Shown one piece after another: positions 1 through 7,773 of a DNA stretch of 64,000 nucleotides. The notes below the pieces were generated by a model, which worked only from the letters and a program-made list of their open reading frames with translations, was not told where the DNA came from and searched no databases. Position 1 is the stretch's first letter. Each line of letters starts with the position of its first letter. A program made the position numbers and the translations under genes. Where the stretch lies: NCBI GenBank assembly GCA_020073015.1, contig JAIQFZ010000009.1, positions 73 through 64,072 on the forward strand, given 5' to 3'. The stretch comes from Terriglobia bacterium. Lineage in GTDB: Bacteria > Acidobacteriota > Terriglobia > Terriglobales > Acidobacteriaceae.

Positions 1-2456
1 GTTGGCAACGTCAGTCCGCTGAGCGAGAAAGCCGCTCCAGTGACATTGGCCTGGGATATGGTGACCGCGGATCCGCCGGTGTTGGTCACCGTCTCCGATT
101 TACTGCTGCTATTGCCCACCTGAACGCTGCCGAAAGAGAGACTGGTCGGATTTGCGGAAAGGGTTCCGGGTGTTACTCCTGTTCCGGACAGCGGAATGCT
201 CAGATTCGGATTCGCCCCATTGGAAGTGATGCTGATGCTGCCACTGGCTGCGCCGCTCGCGGTGGGAGCAAACAGCACGGTGAACGACGTGCTCTGTCCG
301 GCGTTCAAAGTAACCGGCACGGTTAAGCCACTCAGACTGAACCCGCTGCCACTGGCCGTTGCCGCGGAGATGGTCAGACTGCTTCCGCCGGAGTTCGTGA
401 GTGTTCCCGAGAGCGATTTCGAGCTTCCGGTCTGCACGGTGCCGAAACTGAAGCTGGACGGATTCGGCGAAATCTGGCCCGGCGTGATGCCCGTGCCCGA
501 GAGTGCGATCGTCAGGTTGGAATCGGAGGCATTGGAAGTGATGCTCACGTTTCCACTGGCCGCGCCGCTTGTAGTGGGTGCAAACAGGACGGTGAAGGAT
601 GTGCTCTGTCCGGCGTTCAAAGTGAGCGGTACGGTCAGGCCACTCATACTGAACCCGGTGCCGCTGACTGATGCGGCTGAAATCGTGACCGCGGATCCGC
701 CTGTGTTGGTCACCGTCTCTGACTTGCTGCTGCTAGTGCCCACCTGAACGCTGCCGAAAGAGAGACTGGACGGATTTGCGGAAAGGGTTCCGGGTGTTAC
801 TCCTGTTCCGGACAGCGGAATGCTCAGATTCGGATTCGCTCCATTGGAAGTGATGCTGATGCTGCCACTGGCTGCGCCGGCAGTGGTAGGAGCAAACAGT
901 ACGGTGAACGACGTGCTCTGTCCCGCATTCAAAGTAACCGGCACGGTTAAGCCACTCAGACTGAACCCGCTGCCACTGGCGGTTGCCGCGGAAATGGTGA
1001 CCGCGGTTCCGCCAGAATTTGTGAGTGTTCCCGAAAGCGATTTCGAGCTTCCGGTCTGCACGGTACCGAAACTGAAGCTGGAGGGGCTGGGCGAAAGCTG
1101 ACCTTGTGCGACGCCTGTCCCGGAGAGGGGCACCGAAAGAGTCGCGTTGCTGGCGTTCGAGTTGATCGTTAACGTGCCGCTGGCCGCGCCCGCCGCGGTG
1201 GGCGCAAAGATGGCACTAAACGTGGTTGATTGTCCCGCGTTGAGAGTCAGCGGCAAGTTTGGACCCGTGAAGCTGAATCCACTTCCGGATGCCGCGGCGC
1301 TCGAGACTGTGACGGTTGCACCGCCTGTGTTCGTGACGGATACGGAGACGGTCTTGTTGCTGCCCACCGTTACATTGCCAAAACTCGCACTGCTCGGATT
1401 CGCGGTCAGAGAGCCAGCCGCAAGTCCCGTACCGGAAAGCGCGATGTTGAGCGGTGAAGCGGGCGCGTCCGACACGATCGCCAGCGTGCCCGTGGCCGAG
1501 CCGGCGGTGGTGGGAGCGAAGCCCACGTTGAACGTGACGCTTTGGTTCGCCGCGAGCGTGACGGGGACAGACAAGCCGCTGACTGAAAATCCGGTGCCGC
1601 TCACGTTGGCTTGCGAGATGGTGACCGAACTCCCGCCGGTGTTGGTCAAGGTTTCGGACTGGCTGGAGCTGTTGCCGACTTGAACGCTGCCGAACGCCAG
1701 GCTGGAAGGGTTGGGGGTCAGTTGTCCGGCGGTAACGCCTGTTCCCGAGATTGGCAGGACCACGGTGCTGGAGTCGCTGTTGGTAAACGTAACCTTGCCG
1801 GTGAAGCTTCCAGCGCCAGTGGGAGCAAACGTCACGCTAAGCGAGGCGGTGCCGCCCGCGTGCAGCGTCAGCGGCAGGGACAGGTTGCTGGTCGAGAACC
1901 CTGTGCCACTCAAGGTGGCCTGGTTGACGATGATATCTGTTCCACCAGTATTGGAAAGAGTCACGCTGTTCGTCTGACTCGACCCGACCTTGATATTGCC
2001 GAAGGCGACGGACGATGGGTTGAGCGACAGTTGTCCAGAAGCGGCTGATGTGCCGGAGGCGGTCAGCGACACGAGAACCTCAGAACTTGCCCCCAAGAGC
2101 GAGAGGGTGCGCGACAGATTCTCAGGCGTTGATGGCTGAAACTGTACTTTGAAGGGAACGCTCGCCCCAGCCCCCAGAACCAGCGGGGGCGTAATCCCGA
2201 GAACCTGCAAGTCTGAACTCGAACCGGCGATCGAACTGACGGTGACGGCAGAGGCCGTGTTGTTCGACAGCGTGTTTTGCAGAGCCTTGCTGCTGCCAAC
2301 GGCAACGGTTCCAAAGTTGAGGCTGGAAGTCGCCACCACGACACTGCCGCCGCCCGGACCTCCGGCTGACAAGATTTGGCAACCAGCAAAGAATAGCGAG
2401 CACACGACGGTGAGAAACAGGCCGAGCCAGACGCCACGCAACTGATGAGCGTTCAC
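1..2456 (-). CDS. Large repetitive cell-surface lipoprotein, 3'-truncated by the window edge. Built of tandem ~100-aa beta-sandwich repeats of the choice-of-anchor-D / HYDIN-ASH-like type.
   Basis: Absent from the ORF track because no stop codon lies in the window. My reverse translation starts at GTG 2456, with GAGG 5 nt upstream. It gives VNAHQLRGVWLGLFLTVVCSLFFAGC (signal peptide plus lipobox Cys), then at least 8 repeats of the pattern LSFGSVQVG-S-S---VTNTGG--VTIS-A--SG-GFS-SGL--P-TLNAGQS--F-V-FAPT--G-ASG---I-SN----I-LSGTG. The frame was checked at positions 74, 1106 and 1685 and stays open to position 1. Plus-strand ORFs 196-2048 are its antisense shadows. Confidence 0.8.
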   Translation of the reverse strand, partial: MNAHQLRGVWLGLFLTVVCSLFFAGCQILSAGGPGGGSVVVATSSLNFGTVAVGSSKALQNTLSNNTASAVTVSSIAGSSSDLQVLGITPPLVLGAGASVPFKVQFQPSTPENLSRTLSLLGASSEVLVSLTASGTSAASGQLSLNPSSVAFGNIKVGSSQTNSVTLSNTGGTDIIVNQATLSGTGFSTSNLSLPLTLHAGGTASLSVTFAPTGAGSFTGKVTFTNSDSSTVVLPISGTGVTAGQLTPNPSSLAFGSVQVGNSSSQSETLTNTGGSSVTISQANVSGTGFSVSGLSVPVTLAANQSVTFNVGFAPTTAGSATGTLAIVSDAPASPLNIALSGTGLAAGSLTANPSSASFGNVTVGSNKTVSVSVTNTGGATVTVSSAAASGSGFSFTGPNLPLTLNAGQSTTFSAIFAPTAAGAASGTLTINSNASNATLSVPLSGTGVAQGQLSPSPSSFSFGTVQTGSSKSLSGTLTNSGGTAVTISAATASGSGFSLSGLTVPVTLNAGQSTSFTVLFAPTTAGAASGSISITSNGANPNLSIPLSGTGVTPGTLSANPSSLSFGSVQVGTSSSKSETVTNTGGSAVTISAASVSGTGFSMSGLTVPLTLNAGQSTSFTVLFAPTTSGAASGNVSITSNASDSNLTIALSGTGITPGQISPNPSSFSFGTVQTGSSKSLSGTLTNSGGSSLTISAATASGSGFSLSGLTVPVTLNAGQSTSFTVLFAPTASGAASGSISITSNGANPNLSIPLSGTGVTPGTLSANPTSLSFGSVQVGNSSSKSETVTNTGGSAVTISQANVTGAAFSLSGLTLP
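58..1100 (-). repeat. Tandem duplication inside the lipoprotein gene. The unit is 624 bp (two repeat domains); 58-476 and 682-1100 are near-identical.
   Basis: Direct comparison: 121-480 and 745-1100 align base for base at a 624-bp offset with only scattered mismatches. Older, diverged copies continue to about 2050. Confidence 0.85.
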
Positions 2457-2922
2457 AATGACCTCTGTGAGCCGTAGCATCGCTACGGCGGGGGATTCGG
2501 GTCACCGGAGCTCTGGCTGGCGGCTCCGGCAAAGAACAGTTTGGCGCCGGGGGGCAGGAAGTAATAGATTGCGAAAGGCTTAGCGGCTTATGGCATCCGG
2601 CCAAGGGGCGCTCGGTCCAAATCGCCGGGAGGGTATGAACTGGAGTACTGTAAAGTCCGCTCGTGTAGGGGTATGGAGACGGGCACGAGAAACTGGACGC
2701 AATGTGCAATACATTGCATATCACTGGGGCCCAGACTGGATTTTTCAGGATCTGCGGTTCTTGAGGCAAATCACAGGCCCGGCTATCTACTTGGGCGTCT
2801 TTGAGTTGTTGTCGGAGTGGTTTTTCTAAAGAGTGGGTTAATATAAGGCAGCTGAATGAGCGGGTATGGCAGGGTGCATGCACCCAATACTAGGAGCTCT
2901 AGGGCAAGGGAATTGCGTACAT

Positions 2923-3300
2923 ATGAGACATTTTCTGATTCTTGGATTCTCCCTCGCGGTTCTGACCGCGGCCAGCGCAGCGCAGGACAAGCAACCCCAA
3001 GTTAAACATTTTCACGACGGGACCAAGTCGGCAAAAAGTGTAGTGGTTGCCAAGACGCCGACTTCTACCGGCGCGGCGGCCAACCTGCGCCGGCTGGAAC
3101 AACAGTCAACCAAATTGTCGGCACCACAGAGAGTCAAGCGACCTGCGGGAGCAGCAGCCTTGCTGAAGACCGAAAGGGAAAAGCGGACTCCGCCGATCCG
3201 CATCTCTGGACCAAGCATCGGTGCCAAGGGTCCGGGTACGACCAATCAGGGTACAAACCCGTACCGCGGGCGCCTGCGTCAAAAGGGCTCCCATCACTAA
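2923..3300 (+). CDS. Small secreted hypothetical protein
   Basis: ATG 2923 lies inside ORF 2866..3300. MRHFLILGFSLAVLTAASAAQ looks like a Sec signal peptide, followed by a basic low-complexity tail. No family recognised. Confidence 0.4.
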   Translation: MRHFLILGFSLAVLTAASAAQDKQPQVKHFHDGTKSAKSVVVAKTPTSTGAAANLRRLEQQSTKLSAPQRVKRPAGAAALLKTEREKRTPPIRISGPSIGAKGPGTTNQGTNPYRGRLRQKGSHH

Positions 3301-3675
3301 GAATCAGCTCAAGCATGGGTGAGGGCCCCGAGGTCACGGATTCGACTTTGGATCCTTCGCGACCTTTGGTCGAGGATGTCGACTCGCAGCAATCCCTCCA
3401 AGCGAAAGCAATAAAGGCTGTGGCGCGCAACTTCCACGCCCGGGATTCCACTGCTCACAGAACCGGGCACTGCTCCAGGCACCTCTCTCCTCTCTCCGTC
3501 GGAGGTCCTCCCCGATTCCGTGCTCAATCGCTAGTCGATTTATGTTATTGACGGGCGCACGAGGCCGTGTATCAGCATTGTTTTGAGTTGTTTTGACGCT
3601 CTTTATCACCGCTTCCTGTGATCGGCGTCACCGATTGGCCGTAGGAGTGGGCCCTAGTCTCGACCGCGGCAAACA

Positions 3676-4551
3676 GTGATCTCCCAGTGGAACGGCCAGT
3701 TTTCTTGCTTTGACCTCGTAGCCAGGACCAACAGTCACGCTCGAAGCGTTGTTCCGGTTGGCGACATCGAGATCGGCGGCGATGATTTCATCGTCATGGC
3801 GGGTCCCTGCGCGGTCGAATCCGAGCGGCAACTCCTGCAAACGGCAGAGGCGGTGGCGGACGCCGGCGCCCGCATTCTGCGCGGGGGAGCCTACAAGCCT
3901 CGCTCTTCCCCCTATTCCTTCCAAGGCTTGGGCGTCGAAGGCCTGAAGATCCTGCGCAAGGCGCGAGAAATCACCGGGCTTGCGATCGTCACGGAAGTGA
4001 TGAGCGAGGAAGATGTCGAGGTGATCGCCGAATACGCCGACCTCATGCAGGTCGGCACGCGCAGCATGGAAAATTACGCACTGCTGGAAGCTCTGGGGCG
4101 ATGTGGGCGGCCGGTGCTGTTGAAGCGCGGCATGACCGCGACGCTGGAAGAGTTCCTTCGCTCGGCGCAGGTCATTGCCATGAATGGCAACCCGCAGATC
4201 GTTCTGTGCGAACGTGGAATCCGCACCTTTGAAACGGCAACCCGAAACACGCTCGACATTGCGGCCGTGCCGGTACTGAAGACGGTATCGCACCTTCCCG
4301 TGATCGTCGATCCCAGCCATGCCGCAGGCGTCCGGTGCCTGGTTCCCATCCTGTCGCGCGCGGCCGTCGCGGTGGGCGCGGACGGGCTGCTGGTGGAAGT
4401 GCACCCCACGCCTGACAAGGCTCTGAGTGACGGCGAGCAATCGATCAACTTCCGCGAGTTCCGCGACATGATGGACGACTTGCAGCCGTATCTGGACCTG
4501 CGGGACAAGCGAACTCAACCCCGCCTGGTGGCGGTGGGAGGAACGGACTAG
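3676..4551 (+). CDS. aroF: 3-deoxy-7-phosphoheptulonate (DAHP) synthase, type I-beta, short form without a regulatory domain
   Basis: ORF 3676..4551 with a GTG start. Contains [27 protein letters not shown] and VDPSHA motifs typical of the DAHPS/KDO8PS I-beta family. Confidence 0.85.
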   Translation: MISQWNGQFSCFDLVARTNSHARSVVPVGDIEIGGDDFIVMAGPCAVESERQLLQTAEAVADAGARILRGGAYKPRSSPYSFQGLGVEGLKILRKAREITGLAIVTEVMSEEDVEVIAEYADLMQVGTRSMENYALLEALGRCGRPVLLKRGMTATLEEFLRSAQVIAMNGNPQIVLCERGIRTFETATRNTLDIAAVPVLKTVSHLPVIVDPSHAAGVRCLVPILSRAAVAVGADGLLVEVHPTPDKALSDGEQSINFREFRDMMDDLQPYLDLRDKRTQPRLVAVGGTD

Positions 4552-5984
4552 TGCGGAGGCCGGCCATCGTAGGGCGGCTGCTTCTGCTTGCAGTCACCGC
4601 GCTTACTCTGTTTGCGATGGCGGTCGCTTTGGCTCCTCGCCAGTCTGCCGCCTCGTCGAGCACGGATTCTTCGCTCCTCTATACCGTGGCAGGTGGCTAC
4701 GACCCACTCGCCTGGATTCACGGTAGCGATCGATTCAGCGGCGGCGCCACCGTGGTGGTCAAAGACTCTCGCGGCCGCCATTCGCTGGTCGCGGATTTCG
4801 CAGCCTCGGCCGATCCTGCGGTTTCTTTTGACGGAGAGAACGCTCTGTTCGCCGGTAAGCAGAAGCCGCAGGACCGCTGGCAGATTTGGGAGATCTCTCT
4901 GGCAGGAGGCAAGCCCCGGCGCATCACCTCGTGTGTCGACGATTGCATCCGTTCCTTCTACCTGCCGGAGAATCGCATCGTTTATGCGAAGAAAGTCGAC
5001 GGCCGGTTTGTGGTGGAAGCGGCAACGCTGGTGGATGGCAAGGCGACCGCGCCCGTTGTCCGCCTGACCTACGGGCCGGGCAATTCTCTGCCCACCGATG
5101 TTCTTCGCGACGGACGCATTCTGTTTGAGGCCACGTTCCCGTTCGGATCTTCCTCCGACCCGAGCGCTACGCCCGAACTCTATACCGTGTATTCCGATGG
5201 CAGCGGCGTCGAGTCCTACCGCTGCGATCACGGCAAGGCGCGCCATGCGGGCAAGCAGATGAGTTCCGGCGATGTTGTGTTCGCGTCGGAGTCGGGCTTG
5301 GCGCGATTTACTTCTGCATTGGCGAAGGAAGCAGCCATTGCCGCCCCTGCCGGAGAATATGCGGGCGACCTTGCCGAGACCGCTGCCGGCGACTGGCTAG
5401 TCTCCTGGCGGCCGGATACCAGGAGCAGGTTTCAACTGATGCTGTGGACGGATCGTGTAGGGCGGACACTCCTGTCCGCCCATCAGGGCGCTCTGCGTCC
5501 GGTGGTCGTCGAGCCAAACGCAAACGTAATCCAACCGACTCCGATCGTTGCGCGTACTGCACCGAAACGGCACCCCTCGGCGCTGCATGACTGGTCCTAT
5601 GCCAATCTGCTCTGCCTGAACGCCTACACATCGAAATACAAGTTCGCCGCGGGATCGATCCATTCGGTACGGCTCTATGCCCGCGACGACGCCGGCCAGG
5701 CCAAGTTGCTGGGAACTGCGCCCGTGGAGACCGACGGCTCGTTCTTCCTCCAGGTGCCCGCCGATCAGCCTCTGCAATTCGAACTGGTGGACGGCTCCGG
5801 CAAGACTCTGAAGCGGGAGGCAGGGTGGTTCTGGATTCGCCGGGGCGAGCAGCGCGTCTGCGTTGGCTGTCACGCCGGTCCTGAGACGGCGCCCGAGAAT
5901 GCTGTCCCGATGATTCTCCAGAGGTCGACAACTCCGGCGGATATGACGGGCGCAACCGACCAGCACCCCAGCGGAGGCCACTAA
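4551..5984 (+). CDS. Secreted TolB/PD40-like beta-propeller protein with a C-terminal single c-type heme module. Resembles the hydrazine synthase alpha-subunit middle-domain family.
   Basis: GTG 4551 overlaps the aroF stop (TAGTG). The N-terminus MRRPAIVGRLLLLAVTALTLFAMAVALA is signal-peptide-like. PD40-like segments are present (DPAVSFDGENALFAGK...WQIWEISLAGGKPRRIT). The C-terminal part reads NLLCLNAYTSKY...FFLQVPADQPLQFELVDGSGKTLKREAGWFWIRRGEQRVCVGCH, with the CXXCH at 5859-5873. Confidence 0.65.
   Translation: MRRPAIVGRLLLLAVTALTLFAMAVALAPRQSAASSSTDSSLLYTVAGGYDPLAWIHGSDRFSGGATVVVKDSRGRHSLVADFAASADPAVSFDGENALFAGKQKPQDRWQIWEISLAGGKPRRITSCVDDCIRSFYLPENRIVYAKKVDGRFVVEAATLVDGKATAPVVRLTYGPGNSLPTDVLRDGRILFEATFPFGSSSDPSATPELYTVYSDGSGVESYRCDHGKARHAGKQMSSGDVVFASESGLARFTSALAKEAAIAAPAGEYAGDLAETAAGDWLVSWRPDTRSRFQLMLWTDRVGRTLLSAHQGALRPVVVEPNANVIQPTPIVARTAPKRHPSALHDWSYANLLCLNAYTSKYKFAAGSIHSVRLYARDDAGQAKLLGTAPVETDGSFFLQVPADQPLQFELVDGSGKTLKREAGWFWIRRGEQRVCVGCHAGPETAPENAVPMILQRSTTPADMTGATDQHPSGGH
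5455..5481 (+). repeat. REP family A hairpin (GGGCGGACA-CTCC-TGTCCGCCC) embedded in-frame in a CDS
   Basis: The 27-mer GTGTAGGGCGGACACTCCTGTCCGCCC is identical to the reverse complement of 18353-18379. Confidence 0.85.
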
Positions 5985-6034
5985 TGTCGCGACTTGGCAA
6001 TTCCCTGGCAGCCGCAAAGCGGCGAAAGAATGCA

Positions 6035-6056
6035 ACCCACGGCTTAAGCCGTGGGT
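6035..6056. repeat. Perfect 22-nt palindrome (REP-like)
   Basis: ACCCACGGC-TTAA-GCCGTGGGT, with a second small hairpin GCCGC-AAA-GCGGC at 6011-6023. Confidence 0.7.
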
Positions 6057-6067
6057 ATACGGGGGAA

Positions 6068-7756
6068 ATGAACGAGCCCCAGCGGGGCGAAAGAAGACTG
6101 CACGAGATGCGAGTTCCAGAGCGCCCATACCTCGGTGTCATCGTGCTCACCCTCGCCTTCGTGTTGCTCTCCACGGCTGTGCTTGCGCAAACCCCCGCCC
6201 CCGCCATTCGCTTCGAAGACGCTACGGCGAAGTCCGGCATTCAATTCACCCACAGCTTCGGCGCCCGGCAACTCGGTTCCTTGCTGGAAAGCACGGGCGG
6301 CGGCTGTGTCTGGTTTGATTTCAACAACGACGGCCTGCCCGATCTTTACGTCGCCAGCGGCAAACCGCTCGAAGGGGGAATTCATCCTTACCCGCTGAAG
6401 CAGCCGCCCGCGACACCTCCGCACAATCATCTTTATAAGAACAACGGCGACGGCACCTTCACCGACGTCACCGACCAGGCCGGCGTCGCGGCCAACATCT
6501 ATGGGATGGCGGCCATCGCTGCCGACTTCGACAACGATGGTTTCACCGATCTGTTCGTCACCGGCTATGGTCGCGCGATTCTCTATCGCAACAAAGGCGA
6601 TGGAACGTTCGAAGACGTCACCGCCAAGGCTGGCATCAAGGTGGACGGCTGGTCCATCAGTTCCGCCTGGCTCGACTACGATCGCGACGGCTGCGTGGAC
6701 TTGTTCGTCGGGCGGTATGTGAAGTTCGATCCGAAATACCGCAACTACTATGCGGCTGACAATTATCCCGGCCCGCTCGACTACGCGGCCGACACAAACC
6801 GTCTCTTCCGCAACAACTGCAACGGGACTTTTACCGATGTGACGGATAAATCCGGGATCGGCGCTTACAAAGGCCGCACCATGGGCGTCACCGCCGCGGA
6901 CTTTGACGGCGACGGCTATCCCGACATCTACGTGGCCAACGACAAGACGGAGAACTTCCTGTTCCACAACAAGCATGACGGCACGTTTGAAGAAATCGCG
7001 GCCGATCTGGGTGTGGCATACGGCCAGAACGGAGAGAACACTTCCGCCATGGGCCCGGTGTTTGCCGACATCGATGGCGATGGCCGAATGGACCTGTGGG
7101 TTACCGATTCGAAATACAACCGCCTGATGCGCAATACCGGACAGAACGGGTTCGAGGACATCGGCCCGAGTTCGGGAATTTCGCAAGCAACGGCGCAATA
7201 CACGAGTTGGGGAACGGGGATCTATGATTTCGATAACGATGGCTGGCTCGACATCCTTGTTTTTCACGGTGGCCTGATCCACATGGTTCCGCAGGAGCAG
7301 TCGCTGTTTCGCGGACTCGGCAATGGCAAGTTTGCCGACGTCTCGCGCGAGGCGGGCTCCGTGCTCGATGTGAAGACGGTGTCGCGTGGCGCCTGTTTTG
7401 CCGATTATGACAATGATGGCAAGACTGATGCTTTCGTCGTGAATCTGGGCGCACCCGCGACCCTGCTGCACAACACTTCACAAAACAACCATCACTGGCT
7501 GACCGTGCGCTTGCAGGGAAAAAAGAGCAATCGCGACGGGATCGGCGCGCACCTGGAGTTGCAGGCCGGGGGGCGTAAACCGGTGGCCGAACGCGTCGCT
7601 GGTTCGGGCTATTTGTCGCAGGACGATGGCCGCGTTCATTTCGGTTTGGGCAGCGCGGCGAAGGCCGACAAACTCACCATCCGCTGGCCGAGCGGACAAG
7701 AGCAGGTTCTGGAGAATCTGGCAGTGGATCGTGTGCTCACGGTGCAGGAACCATGA
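6068..7756 (+). CDS. CRTAC1-family protein (FG-GAP/VCBS repeats plus an ASPIC/UnbV C-terminal domain), secreted
   Basis: Repeated FDFNNDGLPDLYV / ADFDNDGFTDLFV / DYDRDGCVDLFV / ADFDGDGYPDIYV / ADIDGDGRMDLWV / YDFDNDGWLDILV motifs. The C-terminus reads NHHWLTVRLQGKKSNRDGIGAHLEL...GSGYLSQDDGRVHFGLG. The ORF opens at 5984 (TAATG overlap), but 6011-6056 is occupied by REP-like palindromes, so ATG 6068 or ATG 6107 (MRVPERPYLGVIVLTLAFVLLSTAVLAQ signal peptide) is more likely. Confidence 0.8.
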   Translation: MNEPQRGERRLHEMRVPERPYLGVIVLTLAFVLLSTAVLAQTPAPAIRFEDATAKSGIQFTHSFGARQLGSLLESTGGGCVWFDFNNDGLPDLYVASGKPLEGGIHPYPLKQPPATPPHNHLYKNNGDGTFTDVTDQAGVAANIYGMAAIAADFDNDGFTDLFVTGYGRAILYRNKGDGTFEDVTAKAGIKVDGWSISSAWLDYDRDGCVDLFVGRYVKFDPKYRNYYAADNYPGPLDYAADTNRLFRNNCNGTFTDVTDKSGIGAYKGRTMGVTAADFDGDGYPDIYVANDKTENFLFHNKHDGTFEEIAADLGVAYGQNGENTSAMGPVFADIDGDGRMDLWVTDSKYNRLMRNTGQNGFEDIGPSSGISQATAQYTSWGTGIYDFDNDGWLDILVFHGGLIHMVPQEQSLFRGLGNGKFADVSREAGSVLDVKTVSRGACFADYDNDGKTDAFVVNLGAPATLLHNTSQNNHHWLTVRLQGKKSNRDGIGAHLELQAGGRKPVAERVAGSGYLSQDDGRVHFGLGSAAKADKLTIRWPSGQEQVLENLAVDRVLTVQEP

Positions 7757-7773
7757 CGGTGATGGATTTCTGA

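Noticed and set aside
196-2048. A series of plus-strand ORFs (183, 93, 178, 145 and 88 aa) with mutually similar sequences
   Set aside because: They are antisense shadows of the minus-strand repeat-lipoprotein gene. Their similarity only reflects the tandem repeats. The minus-strand frame has a signal peptide with lipobox, coherent domain repeats and no stop codon.
2122-2883. A 253-aa minus-strand ORF spanning the promoter region of the lipoprotein gene
   Set aside because: It overlaps the lipoprotein gene start out of frame. Its composition is Ser/Pro/Cys-rich and low-complexity, with no start context or recognisable motifs.
6044-7471. A long antisense ORF (475 aa, minus strand) opposite the CRTAC1 gene. 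Similar long antisense ORFs lie at 8383-9600, 12091-12939, 18326-19405, 19696-20880, 27163-28365, 46951-48213 and 48939-49997.
   Set aside because: These are typical high-GC shadow ORFs. Their products are Arg/Gly/Ala/His-rich with no recognisable motifs, whereas the opposite strand encodes well-recognised proteins (CRTAC1, the CCP fusion, the SBP, mdh, icd, sdhA, dapA, lysC).
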